64,000 nucleotides of DNA from Octopus vulgaris (lineage: Eukaryota), in the NCBI GenBank assembly GCA_951406725.2, contig OX597828.1:14632001-14696000 (forward strand), read 5' to 3'. The translations under genes and the position numbers were made by a program. The notes under the pieces were generated by a model, which was not told where the DNA came from, did not search any database, and was given only the letters and a program-made list of their open reading frames with translations. Shown in pieces: positions 1 to 14,155 of this stretch; position 1 is the first letter of the stretch, and each line of letters opens with the position of its first letter.

Positions 1-298
1 AAAAGGATGAAAGGCAAAGTCGACCTCGGCGGAATTTGAGCTCAGAACGCAGCGGCAGACGAAATACCTATTTCTTTATTACCCACAAGGGGCTAAACAC
101 AGAGGGGACAAACAAGGACAGACATAGGTATTAAGTCGATTACATCGACCCCAGTGAGTAACTGGTACTTAATTTATCGACCCCGAAAGGATGAAAGGCA
201 AAGTCGACCTCGGCGGAATTTGAACTCACAACGTAACGCAGACGAAATACCGCTAAGCATTTCGCCCGGCGTGCTAACGTTTCTGCCAGCTCGCCGCC
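1..298 (-). mobile_element. tRNA-derived SINE, family A (Meta-SINE-like core), with internal duplication, cut by window edge
   Basis: Reverse complement starts GGCGGCGAGCTGGCAGAAACGTTAGC (A box), then GAGTTCAAATTCC (B box) and the core GTCGACTTTGCCTTTCATCCTTTCGGGGTCGATAAATTAAGTACCAG. More than ten copies in the window. Confidence 0.85.
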
Positions 299-1970
299 TT
301 GTTCACATTAAAGTAACGTTTACTTTAACTCTTTGAACTCCCCAGTATGCTTTAGCAGAGTAGTCATTTAACTATATTCCTGGAAAATACAAAATCGGGT
401 GGCCACATGCAAGGGTCAATTTTGGCCATTGCTCAAGGAACGCCAAGCATTTAGAGCCCCTTTAACTCAGAGAAGCTAAAAACAGAGTTAAAAATCAAGA
501 ATATATTTACATGAATCAAATAGATAATTTGTTATTTTTTTTACTTGTTTAAATGATTTTAAATCCAATATAATCCTTTTAAAATTACTGAACCCTCTTG
601 GTTTATTGGGATCTTTTAAGTTTAAAAAGCCGTTAAATTTATTTGAGTCCCGCTTAATCTACTGAAGTTTTGGGGCCTCTCCAAGCTGTTTGGGACTCTT
701 AGATTTAATGGGATCCTCTTTGTTTTCTTATTATGTTTTGAATTACCAATATCACAGGGGTCGCCAAAAGCTGTTGGCTTAGGGTCTAAATCCGGCCCTG
801 ACCACATAGATTTGTGTGTACGATTTGTTAATGGCATAAACATTATTTTCAGCCGTAAACGCAAAACCATTGTCCGTCTATTTTTGTGTTTTCTTTGCGG
901 GTAGTTAAACGAAATTGCACCCTGTAAAGCGTTCTCGCAGGCTGAAAGGGTGAATGAGGTTTAACTAAATTGGGTTGAAGCGCTTTGCTTTTTTGTTTCT
1001 TTGTTTGTTTTTGTAGTTTTACTTTAGTTTTTTTTTTTTCGTGATGTTTGTGCGCACCCGCGTAGTTCTGTGTTTGTTGGAATTTTAGATAAATCATTAT
1101 TATTGTTTATTCAAATATTGCTCTTGAAAACCAAAGTGTAACCTAACAGTATTTTCCTCATGACCGATCCTCATATGGCAGTGGAAACCGCTTACTGGGC
1201 TTACATTCGGACTGATACATTTTTAATTAGACCTCGGGGGTGGGAGGGAATGAAAGACAAAGTTGACTGCGGTGGGATTTGAACTCAGAACGTTAAGAAC
1301 CGTAACAAAAAGCGCAAAGCATTTTTTTCCGGCTTTCTAACGATTCTGAACATTAGTTACAGTTAGTATTACACTAACAATAGCAATGGTAACAATTAGC
1401 AACAATAACAACAATAACAACCACAATAATATCTGCAATAGCAACAACAACGATAACTACCACTACTACTACTAAAACTATTATTATCACTACAACTACT
1501 ACTAATACTAATACTACAACTACAATTGTAATAATAGCAGCGATTTTTACGGTGAGGTGACATGGAAATGAAATAGAGCTTTAACATTAACAGCAACAAC
1601 AATAATAACAATAAAATGACGTCAGCAACGATTTTTGAAAAACATAAAGAAAAGTGGAAATAGTTGTGAGTGCAGCAAAAGGTTAAGGTGTTGCTTAGTC
1701 CGACGTCACCTCTGACGAAGCAGACGAGCTACGATCAAAAGGCAGGCTTTTCAGGGATTTCCAGGGCTAGTTTATTAAATACGTCTTCCGCCATTTTTAA
1801 AAAGAAAAACTGGATGTAATGTGAGGCGCATTTGGTTGATATTTCTAGCAGATCGAACGACCAACAACAAGTTCTATTATTAGGTTCACAAAGAAGTTGA
1901 GCGGAGATTAAAAAATTGAGGTTAAAGGTTTGCGCAGAGGTTCTAAAAGGATTATATATATATGTGTATG

Positions 1971-2048
<78 letters not shown>

Positions 2049-2085
2049 TTGAATCAGGACTAGCTAGTTTGATACGGTTATATGG

Positions 2086-2122
<37 letters not shown>

Positions 2123-2123
2123 C

Positions 2124-2166
<43 letters not shown>

Positions 2167-2175
2167 TACATATAC

Positions 2176-2228
<53 letters not shown>

Positions 2229-2288
2229 AATGTATGTATGTATGTATGTATGCATATATATATATATATGTATGAATGTATGTATATG

Positions 2289-2347
<59 letters not shown>

Positions 2348-2378
2348 GTATATGTATATATGTATATATATATGTATG

Positions 2379-2410
<32 letters not shown>

Positions 2411-2709
2411 TGTATGTATGTATGTATGTATGTATATATGTATGAATGTATCAGAAGTGAATTGACCTGTGATCATGTGTTCATAGTGTTGAAAGTAATG
2501 ACCGGAAAGGCAGACTATTTAAAGCACATACAGTCACTGACATACGAAAACTTTGTCTATCCGAGTCGCAGGTGGGAAGCGAAAAGTTTTGATACCAGAA
2601 AAAGCACTTAGCGGAAAGTGAATCTAACTGCTTTTTGCATTTTCAAATGGATGAAATGAGGCTGGCTCCCGTTTGTGTAATTATGCAATAAATATATATA
2701 TAACTACCA

Positions 2710-3033
2710 AGCGTAGGTTAGCGGTAAGTGTATTCGGTTCACGATTGTAAGGTTATGAATTCGAGTCTCGGTGATATGTTGTGTCCTTGAGCAAGACACT
2801 TTATTTCACATTGCTCCAGTTCACTCCACTCAGTTGGCAAAAATGAGTAGTACCTGTGTTTCAAAGGGCCAGGCTTGTCACATTCTGTGTCACGCTGAAT
2901 AAATCTCCCCGAGAACTACGTTAAGGGTACACGATTCTGTGGAGTATTCAGCCACTTGGACGTTAATTTCACGAACAGGCTGTTTTTGTTGATCGAATCT
3001 ACTGGAACTTCCGTCATCGTAACCGACGGAGTG
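2710..3033 (+). mobile_element. tRNA-derived SINE, family C (V-domain-like core)
   Basis: Core TTGTGTCCTTGAGCAAGACACTTTATTTCAC; highly similar to 35986-36302. Confidence 0.8.
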
Positions 3034-3359
3034 CTAAATCTTAAACACACACACACATATACATACATACATACATACATACATACATACATACATACAT
3101 ACAATACATACATACATACATACATACATACATACACACACACATACATACATACATACATACATACATACATACATACATACATACATACATACATACA
3201 TACATACATACATACATACATGTTATATCTTTTCTCTGACTGAAGAATTTCTTATAGGAAATTCTTTACATGTCCATTTAACATGTAAAACTTTATAATT
3301 CCTATTAGCATATGAAACACGTGTAACGGTAGATAAATAATACTCAACAGTTATGTGTC

Positions 3360-3434
<75 letters not shown>

Positions 3435-3663
3435 AACAAGACGTAATCGGTATTACTGCTTCATATAATAAAGACTTGGTTTATAATATTGGCAGACATC
3501 AATTACCTCGGCATAAAACTCAGTTACGTGAACGAATGGCAAAGAATGATACTGATGACATTTATTCAAGTAACTGAGTTTTATACTCACATAATTAATG
3601 TTTGCCGTTCCTATGACACACCTGTATATTACATAAAAAATGTATATATATATATATATATAT

Positions 3664-3909
3664 AAATTGAAACTGATTTGAAAATCGGAAATCCACCTGA
3701 AGATTGTCATTCAAGACATGAAACAATTGTAGTGGCGGTTTTTTTTTACTTTTTATTAAAATTTTATGTATTGATTAAGTCTTTCCTTGTTTGTTTTGCA
3801 AAATAGTGGTTTTGACTCTAATTAATATTATATAATATTTTACTATAAAATTGGATTTAATCCTAAATCTGATTTTTTCCCTGTAAATTTGGATTTATTC
3901 CCTAATATT

Positions 3910-3912
<3 letters not shown>
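3664..3912 (+). mobile_element. Non-autonomous PLE terminal-repeat-like island embedded in (TA)n
   Basis: Flanked by (TA)n on both sides; near-identical to the copies at 16040-16645; contains a hammerhead motif. Confidence 0.75.
3693..3735 (+). ncRNA. Minimal type I hammerhead ribozyme
   Basis: CCAC-CTGAAGA-t-TGTC(attcaa)GACA-t-GAAA-C-AATT-G-TA-GTGG. Stem I is CCAC/GTGG, stem III is the palindrome ACAATTGT, cleavage triplet GUA. Confidence 0.8.
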
Positions 3913-3996
<84 letters not shown>

Positions 3997-4240
3997 CGAA
4001 ACGTAGAGTAGATGAAACCATAGCGACTGAAGAAGGGGTTTTTTATTTGTGTTAATTGTCCTGTGCTCTTTTTTTTTTTTTGTTTAAAAAAATGTCCAGT
4101 TCCTTGGGTTTGTGTCTATGTTTTCGTTTCTCATTGTGTTCGACGTCTTTTTGGTGTCCTGTACTCATATATGCGTGTATATGTACATGTAGAGGAAGGT
4201 ACGTACATATATGTTTATATATATGCATATGTTTTATTTA

Positions 4241-4287
<47 letters not shown>

Positions 4288-5076
4288 CGCAGACGTCGCA
4301 CATTAGCTTATATGGAGTTAAGAGAATTATTTAACTACGTCACAGATAAGAATTCAGGGGGAAACCAATCTGCTATTCTCATACATATTGGTCAAGTGTC
4401 ACGCCTTTAGGCGGGCCTTTTGAATGACAAAGAAACGGGTGACGTTTACATGTTTGTATGTTTGTTACTGTAGACACTCCTTGATATTGTGTGAACTGAG
4501 GCCGCTTGATATCAAATTCCAAGCACTGACGCAAATCAGTAGCGCCAGTTCTTTGAAGCAACTAGACTTGATATGTATACAAACAGATTGGCTACTTGTT
4601 CTCTGGGATTGGTCAAGTGATGTAGACAGCACTGATAAGACCCCAATAAGGGCCGAAAATCGATTAAGGTCGTTCATTATATTTTTTCACACTGCAAAGA
4701 AACAGGAAAACTATTGACACCTTTGTCTGTCTTATTACATTGGTTTGTGTTCATGCGTGCCTGCGTGTATGTGGGGGTGGATGGTTGTGTGTGTGTGTGT
4801 GTGTGTGTGTGTCTGTGCTGACCTGGCGTGAATAATGTATAACGAACCTATGTGTCCTCTTCATGATAAGAACTTGTCAAAAAAGGCAGCCAACAATGAG
4901 TTTAACAAACGTCAGCCAAGTCCACTGTTCCCGCCACTCTTTATTCTTCCCGTGCCTTTCCCATTCGTTTCTTTTTTTTTTCTTTATTGCTTCGATTTCT
5001 TTGTCTCTGTTGTTGTTTTTTTCGTCTCGCTTCGATTTAGTCATGCAAAGCAAGCACGGATATGTATGTGTATGCT

Positions 5077-5180
<104 letters not shown>

Positions 5181-5460
5181 CGCGCACACGTGTATCCGCA
5201 CAAGTAAATATCGCAAGACTAGAAAATACCACACACTACCTCACTGCTCGTAATCATATTCATGCATACATAGCATACACACACGCAGACACACACTCAC
5301 ACACACATGCAGATACGTACACGCACACACACATACACACAAACACATAATACACACACTCATACACATACTTTCATACACGCACACATACAGACATACA
5401 TATGACAGAATACATTCACACATAGATACATACATGAATACTCACGCACACACACATACA

Positions 5461-5492
<32 letters not shown>

Positions 5493-5690
5493 CATACATA
5501 CATACATACACACATGGATACATACATACATACACACATGGATATACACACATACACATAACTAATTAAGGCACAGCTAATTAACAAATTGCAATTACAA
5601 GCCATTAATGGAGCTGCAAAAGTATGTAACACATTCCAGTAGGTTAGTCTCTTAAAAGTGTATCTACACACTCGTAGACAAAACATGTGA

Positions 5691-5772
<82 letters not shown>

Positions 5773-5879
5773 GGGTCAAGCACGCGAACACTCACAAACA
5801 TAGACATCTGTTTGCACACACGCGCACACACACGCACACATATATATACGTGTATGTATGTGTGTGTATATATATGTAT

Positions 5880-6205
5880 GTTGAGACCCCCTTCGGTCAT
5901 CAATGACCATGGTATTGCACCTAGGAAGTTACCCTCCCAGGCACAAGTCCGGGCAAGGTTGTTTATGGAAAACCAGCAGTCGCCCACGCATACCGGCCAC
6001 CTCTCTCCACGCCACTGATGTTACCCAAGGGAAAGGCAAAGGGGCCGATACAGCTTGGCACCAGTGGCGTCTCAACTAATTTCTACAGCTGAGTGAACTG
6101 GATCAACGTGAAATAAAATGTCGTGCTCAAGAACACAACATGCAGCCCGGTCCGGGATTCGAACTCACAACCACTGAGCTCTAACCACTGAGCCATGCGC
6201 CTTCA
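5880..6205 (-). mobile_element. tRNA-derived SINE (family C-related head, different tail)
   Basis: Reverse complement GGCGCATGGCTCAGTGGTTAGAG...GAGTTCGAATCCC...TTGTGTTCTTGAGCA. Confidence 0.75.
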
Positions 6206-6236
6206 CTATATATATGTATATATGTATGTATATAAT

Positions 6237-6305
<69 letters not shown>

Positions 6306-6613
6306 CATAATTGTGTGCTCGTGTTTGTGCTTGTCCCCCACCGCCATTTACAATAGGTGTCGAGTATTTTACGTGCTCGTAACTTAACGGGTTCCCTAAA
6401 GACATCGATAAAATAAGTGCTGCGATCGATTTGTTCGACTTCAATCCAACAAGATGGTACTCCAGCATGACCGAATTCCAATGACTGAAACAAGTAAAAG
6501 ATTAAAAAGTGAGAACGTACGCACACACAAATATTATATATATATTTTGAATTGTTAAAGAGATTCAAAGTCAAACCGGTGTCGTCATTGCTGTTCACTG
6601 GCTTTCAATGCGC

Positions 6614-6655
<42 letters not shown>

Positions 6656-6817
6656 TTGTATTTTGGGATAGTATTTTTTTTTTGTCAAATAAACACATGC
6701 ACTATAGTATGTGTTTATTCGGCAAAAAAAAAAGAAAAATGACCATCTCGAAATACAACAATATCTGTTTCAACACACGACTTCACATCAGGAATCTTGC
6801 AGCACAAATTCATAAAC

Positions 6818-6869
<52 letters not shown>

Positions 6870-6871
<2 letters not shown>

Positions 6872-7038
6872 CGGGAAGCTTTATGAAAATAGACAAAAGA
6901 CGAAGGCAGGTTTACGGAAATAAACAAAAGACGAAGGCAGGTGGAATACAAACAAACAATTGTATTAGTATGGCGCTCAGGAAATATAAATAAAACAAGT
7001 CTTTAACGTTTCGAGCCTACGCTCTTCAACAGAAAGAT

Positions 7039-7040
<2 letters not shown>
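6870..7040 (-). mobile_element. PLE-derived island in (TA)n/(CA)n
   Basis: Homologous to 49661-49860; microsatellite-flanked; contains a hammerhead-like motif. Confidence 0.7.
7000..7037 (-). ncRNA. Minimal hammerhead variant (core CUGUUGA)
   Basis: Minus strand TCTTT-CTGTTGA-A-GAGC(gtag)GCTC-GAAAC-GTT-AAAGA. Stems I and II pair perfectly; stem III is reduced to the palindrome AACGTT. Confidence 0.65.
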
Positions 7041-7119
<79 letters not shown>

Positions 7120-7265
7120 CGTATATATATATATATATATACGTATACGTATATATATAACGGCGGTGCATCAGCATAGCCGCAGCTCTGAGCTGAAACT
7201 AGAGAGAAAAAATATAAGACTTTTCCCAAGCGTCAAACTAATACACCTTCTTGCTCTTCTCTCAC

Positions 7266-7706
<441 letters not shown>

Positions 7707-8159
7707 AATGTAATGCAGTTTTTATGTGTTTGCGTGTGTGCGTGTAGCTGGCTGCGCGCGCGCACGACTGTAGGTGTGTGTGCATAGGTGGGTGGGTGTG
7801 CGTAGGCGTGTGTGCGTAGCTGTGCATGAATATAAGGAGAGCACGACAAGGGTGTGCCTTGATGTTCGTATTGTTTTGCAAGCGGGTACATACACACACA
7901 CACTCAACCGCATGCACATACGGATATTGTTTAAGTCGAGAGGGAAGGAGGGCGAGAAATAGAGAGAGGGTGGGTGGAGATAACAGACAGACAGTCCGGC
8001 AGTCAGACAAAAAGAAATAGAAGCACTGGATTTAGGTTAGAGACCGTCCTTTATTCTATTGGCAAGGAATCTATAAATAAAACTAAATAACATCCATACA
8101 TAAATGCACACACACACACACACATATGAGTGTGTGTGTGTGTATAGATAAATAAATAA

Positions 8160-8199
<40 letters not shown>

Positions 8200-8569
8200 A
8201 TGTATATATGTATATAGATATATATGGATGTATATGTATATAATTAAGATTCGGTTGAATTAGATACGTCAATTAAGGCACCTTGTTAGATCGATCTAAT
8301 TTGCTCACCTGAACAATATCAGGTGACTATCAAACTCATTTCAGAAATGTTTGTACTTAATATTCCTGCAGTGTATTCAGATAACACGACCCAACTTAGT
8401 GAAGAGACCTGCTCTTGCTTGTCCAGGCATGTACTTTATATAAACATACAAAAATACTTTCTGTAAAATTCCCGAAGTGCAGATTCCAGGGTAGGTGAAT
8501 AAAATATGAGTAAGAAAGATGAAGTCGCTTGAAACGGCCGTTATGAATTGACACCTGTACATCCAGTTT

Positions 8570-8790
8570 CATCCAGTACAAGACATCTCCAACGAGTGAA
8601 AAATACGTAAACATATAAGGACAGACATGTACGGGACAAAATACCAAAAGAAGTCTAACGCCTCCTCAGTTGTCGACTGTTTATTGCTCACGTCCTGTTC
8701 TTACTGTGTATTTTTTGGTATTTTGTCCTGTACTTATCTCTCGTGTGCTTACGTATTTTCCACTCGTTAGTAATGTCCTGTACTTGATGT
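8570..8790. repeat. Diverged inverted repeat next to (TA)n, PLE-like architecture
   Basis: CATCCAGTACAAGACAT...GGACAAAATACCAAAA versus TTTTGGTATTTTGTCC...ATGTCCTGTACTTGATG. Confidence 0.6.
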
Positions 8791-8791
8791 A

Positions 8792-8863
<72 letters not shown>

Positions 8864-8870
<7 letters not shown>

Positions 8871-9418
8871 GAGAAATAACCCCTGTTAAGTAATTCAATA
8901 GTGAAAGACATTATCTATACCATATAGAAAAAAATTTAGATGTACTATAATAAATATTATTCAAAAAATCACTAAATGAAATAAACATTAAATTGACTAC
9001 GCGCGTTTCGTGACTATATCTTCAAATCGATAATAATAAAATAGATACTATTAAAATTAATTCGATTTAAAATTAATTTGATTTTAAAAAATATACCCAC
9101 TCTTCGGGTCTAAAATAAAAATTTTAATCGAATTAGTTTTAATAGTATCGATTTTATTATTATCGATTTAAAGATATAGTCACGAAACACGCGTAGTCAA
9201 TTTAACGTTCATTTAATTTAGTGATTTTTTGAATAATATTTATTATAGTATATTTAAATTTTTTCTATATAGTATAGATAATGTCTTTCACTATTGAATT
9301 GCTTAATAGAGGTTATTTCTCTTAATTATATACATATATTATATATTGTGAAATTTGATTTAGAATTGCTAAATTGAATTTTTCCCTGTAAGTTTGGAAT
9401 TATATTCCCTACTATTAT
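8864..9418. mobile_element. PLE-type inverted-repeat island in (TA)n
   Basis: About 210-bp arms (8864-9075 and 9120-9330); the right arm extends into the shared terminal motif; (TA)n flanks. Confidence 0.8.
8995..9110 (-). ncRNA. Hammerhead variant with long stem II insertion (core CCGAAGA)
   Basis: Minus strand GAC-CCGAAGA-GTGGGTATAT...~70 nt...ATATAGTCAC-GAAAC-GCGC-GTA-GTC; stem III is the palindrome ACGCGCGT. Confidence 0.65.
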
Positions 9419-9967
9419 ACATATATATATATATATATGCAACCATCCAGTTGATGTCTAAATTCCAATAAAAGAGCTTTGTTTTGGGATTGGAAACCGA
9501 CCTTTTCTCTGTTGGTGAGAAAGCTTATAAATAAAACCAGAACGCAAACACACACACACACACACAGCATTCATCCATCTACCCATCAATACATGCATAC
9601 ATGCATACATACATACATACATACATACAGACAGACAGACAGACAGGCAGACAGACAGACATCTGCTACGAAAACCCCAGCTTCTATGGTTAGGCATATT
9701 CACATTTCTACCAATAATAATTGGTGCACTTAGTTTTCTGAGTAAATGACTAAATGACAATCTGGATAAGCTAGGGGTTTCAGAAAAAAAATTAATCAGC
9801 TCACATGCACATTACTAATACAATCTGTAAGCGGAACAATAAGAATATGCAAGACTTTTCTTAAGTTTAAAATGTGTCATTGTTTTTATTTACAACCTTC
9901 CACCGATTGAGCTTTATATCCTTGTTACAAACCAAGTCCTTAGAAGAGTTCAATTAATTAAAATACA

Positions 9968-10680
9968 ATATGCATTCCAGAAGTTTTGAGACTTTTTCAA
10001 ACGAGACATTTATTAATTTCAAAGAAATACAGAATTCTAATCTCCTTCAAAGTAGTTTTTTATGACTTCTTCAATGCTCGTATTGTAGCGCCCCAGTCAC
10101 TTCGCGAAGGCCTCATGGAAATCTTCCAATGCGAAGGCATTCATGACCATTGTTACGGCTTCCTTCATTTCAATGTCTTCAAAATGACTGCCCTTGAAGC
10201 CTTGAAGTTCTTTTTCAGCTTGGTGAACAACCAAAAGTCTCAGAGAGCAAGTCTGGAATGTAAGGGTGGGTGAGGGACCGTTTTGATACCCATATCTTCC
10301 AAATAGTTGGTTATCAGGATGGAATTATGAACTGGTGCATTGTCCGCATTGTGCCACCGAGCTGAGTGGAAGAGCTCAGGTCTTTTACGATGAGATCTCT
10401 TCGTGCATCCCATCAAAACTTCCACAAAGTGCACTTGGTTGAATATCTGGCCGGAGGGAACCAGTGGACATAGTTGATGCCCTCGCTGTCGAGAAATAGG
10501 ATCACCATGAGCTTCCTGATGGACTTGATATGCCTGATCGTCTTGGGTGCAAGAGAGTTAGGATGCTTCCACTGGGCAAAAGCCCCGATCGCTTTCTGCA
10601 AACTAGTCCAATGTGACAAGCAGTGTTTAGTAGGGTGTATCCAATGTGCTGTCACAATCAACTCCTTCAATTTGGCATAA
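9968..10680 (-). pseudogene. Degenerate mariner transposase remnant
   Basis: Frameshifted pieces KLMVILFLDSEGINYVHW, RKRPELF..WHNADNAPVHNS and VPHPPLHSRLAL resemble the mariner HHDNAP and HPPYSPDLAP motifs. Confidence 0.85.
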
Positions 10681-10690
10681 CAAAATTTGG

Positions 10691-10785
10691 AAGGTCGGCT
10701 TATTTAGTAAGGCCTGTATAGTAAGGTTGGCTTGTTTAGTAAGGTCGGCTTGTATAGTAAGGTTGGCCTGAATTTGGTAGGTCGG
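10691..10785. repeat. Degenerate ~18-bp tandem repeat (TAAGGTCGGCTTGTATAG)
   Basis: About five imperfect units visible. Confidence 0.7.
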
Positions 10786-11749
10786 TTATATGTAATGTAA
10801 GGATATACTAAAATTACAATAATCTAGGACACTGTGCATAACAGGCGAATCGCCTGTCTAAACTGCCGGTCCATGCACTCCTTTCGTCTCTCGTCTCTTG
10901 AACCAGAGACTTCCTGTCAGATTGTACCATTGTACTTAATATAGCTCTCTCCTTCTCTTTCTCTCTGTCTCTCTCATTTTCTCTCTTTCTCTCTTTCTCC
11001 CCTTCTCTCTCCCTCGCTCTCTCTTCGGACTCACTGACCTGCAAGCTATCAACTTTGGTGTCCCACAAGGTTCTGTGTTCTTTTCAACTTTCTTCCAACC
11101 GACAGCGTAGTTTCTGTAACCCACAAACGTCCACTCCTACTATTCAAACGTTATCGCCAATGATTCCTTCTTATCTTACCACACCCGTATATTAATCAGC
11201 TACAACCTTACCCCAAACTTGCATTAACGGCGTGGCTTTCAAGATCATATTGTAGGGCAGGATTCGTGACAGACGAACTGTAGACAGATACCTCACTGCG
11301 GGCTAGCTAGGAAGTTGGTCAGCAGGAAGACAGAATGACTTCCGGGGAAGGAGAAGGTAAACAGAAGAATGTAAACAGCGAGCGTTAAACGAATCTGAGT
11401 GAACTATACAGAAATAACTGACGAATTAAGCCCTATTGTACCTAAAGTAATAAACCTTTGGTAAATGTATTCTCGTCCCCACTAGTTTGTTTGCGTATTC
11501 CTGGAACGGGCGATGCGTCGTGTTCTTGAGCAAAACACTTCATTTAACGTTGCTCCAGTCTACTCAGCTGGCAAAAATGAGTAACGCTGTGATGAACTGG
11601 CGTCCTGTCCAGCTGGGGAACACATACGCCATTGAAACCGGGAAACCGGGCTCATGAGCCTGGCTTAGGCTTTAAAAGGGCGCATTTGCTATTTTATTAT
11701 TTATAGCTTAACAAAGCTACAACATCCTCTCCACTTTGCATTGTCCATA

Positions 11750-11963
11750 TTTAGCTTTTATCCTTTACTGGACTGTGACCATGCGAGGGAACATCAACCC
11801 CAGTACTTAGTTATTGTTTTTTTGTTTGTTTGTTTTTTCATAGTCTGTATTTATTCTATCGGGTTTCTTTAGGATGAACTGCAAAGTTATGGGAACACGA
11901 ACAAACCGGCACCAGTTGTCAAGCGGTAGTGGTCAACAAACACAGATATAAACACGCACGCAC

Positions 11964-12035
<72 letters not shown>

Positions 12036-12195
12036 CAGGCATCCATACAGTTTCCGTCAATCAAATTCCCTCATAAGGCTTTGGTCGGCCCAGGACTATA
12101 GCAGAAGACATCTGCTCAACATGCTACGCAGTGGGGCTTAACCAGAAGCCAGTGTTTGCAAAGTGAGTTTCTTGACCATTGAACTGTGCCTGCCC
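11750..12195 (-). mobile_element. SINE family B (diverged)
   Basis: CAGTTTCCGTC...AAGGCTTTGGTCGGCCC...CTATAGCAGAAGACA with internal (CA)n. Confidence 0.7.
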
Positions 12196-12995
12196 TATGT
12201 CCAAAAGTATTGCCCAAAATTCCAGTCAACTAGTTTAACTTGAGTTATCTCCCTTCCTTTTGTTTTGATTTTTAAACACTCTGATAGGGGGCGGTTTTTC
12301 TCTATACGCTGCTTGAATGATCTCCGAAATGCTAGAAATAGCATTTCAGGCAGTGCTCCAATATGATCCTGGCTTCGTTTGCTAGAGCAAACTATAAGAT
12401 AAATAAATAATAGTACACAGGACCGTCTAAGATAATAAAGAACACAAAAAACCTGGCCTCGGTGGGATTTGAACTCAGAAAGCCAGAACAAACACTACAA
12501 GATATTCTATTTGACCATGTAACAACCCTGCCACTTCACCGTCTTGGTGTTTGTTTTTTCTTTTCTTTTCTTTTTATTGCCTTCGCAAAACACACTCACC
12601 CACATACATACACAATCATAAACACACACAACATACATGCATATCACACATATACATATACAAACACAGACAGAATTCACACACAAGTACAATACACACA
12701 CTACGCAAACACATATATACACACAAACGCATACACATACACTCACACGCACGCACGCACGCACAACACACACAGATAGACACACACGCACACACAAACA
12801 CCATACACGCACAAAATACATATACACACATACACTCTCTCTCTCTCACACACACACACACATCCTTAGACATAAATAGACTTGTGTACTCAAGCATAAA
12901 TTTATTTTTCCTTCCATTGAATAATTGTGTGGCTTGCAGGAGCTCTAGACATGCTCTCACACACACATTACATATACGTACTTACCCCCCCCCCC

Positions 12996-13103
<108 letters not shown>

Positions 13104-13142
13104 TACCCACATAAATATACATCTATATATATATACATATAT

Positions 13143-13224
<82 letters not shown>

Positions 13225-13225
13225 G

Positions 13226-13270
<45 letters not shown>

Positions 13271-13273
13271 GTG

Positions 13274-13346
<73 letters not shown>

Positions 13347-13363
13347 ATGTAGATATATATATG

Positions 13364-13406
<43 letters not shown>

Positions 13407-13864
13407 CCGTAGCTTAATTAATCCGGTTCATTACTTATGAGATGAGTTCGCTTAGCTCTAAATAAAAAAGATAGAAGCCAAAAAAAGAATGAGATATGTG
13501 GGACAAATGCGTCGAGTTATTGTGAACGTTCCAGCTGAAGGAATATTTGGTGCTGTTGTTGATGGAATCACGCTTCGTTATTTGATATTGGACCAAGGTA
13601 GGTCCTGAGGTATTTTCTCTTTCTCTCCCATGAATACGTATAGAAGCCTGTTGAAATATGCAAGTAATTACAACAAAACTAAGAAACACGCTTCGTTAAA
13701 CAAGGCTTCATTAAATATCCATAATATGGTTGACCTTTATATTGCTCGTTATTGTTGTTATTGTAGTTGCTCTTTGTTTGTTTGTTTGTTTGTTTGTTTG
13801 TTGAGCAAAGCGGTCTTCATCCCATTAGTGGGAGAAGTCCGAAACGTGGTCCTTTGCTATTCGT

Positions 13865-14155
13865 AAGATCCGCAGAAGAGAAAGCAGGTCAACCCTCGAC
13901 ACCGAGAGCATCGACGGATGGACGAATGCGCATCCAAGTTCAGCGGTTGTGTAGGATGTCGAGGACAAGAAGCAGGAAGAAAGAGTGAGAGAAAGTTGGG
14001 GCGAAAGAGTACAACAGGGGTTGCCACCACCCGCTGCCGGAGCCTCGTGGAGCTTTAGGTGTTTTCGCTCAATAAACACACACAACGCCCGGTCTGGGAA
14101 TCGAAACTGCGATCCTCCGACCGCGAGTCCGCTGCCCTAACCATTGCGCCTCCAC
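13865..14155 (-). mobile_element. tRNA-derived SINE, family D
   Basis: Homologous to 44480-44812; head GGAGGCGCAATGG...GTTTCGATTCCC on the minus strand. Confidence 0.8.

Noticed and set aside
10800-11480. LTR-like fragments (TGTAGGG..., AATAAA)
   Set aside because: No matching terminal inverted ends or TSD could be established.
13435-13689. Possible host exon on the minus strand (acceptor-like TTTCAACAG)
   Set aside because: Two frames close early, the third has no recognisable homology, and no partner exons were found.
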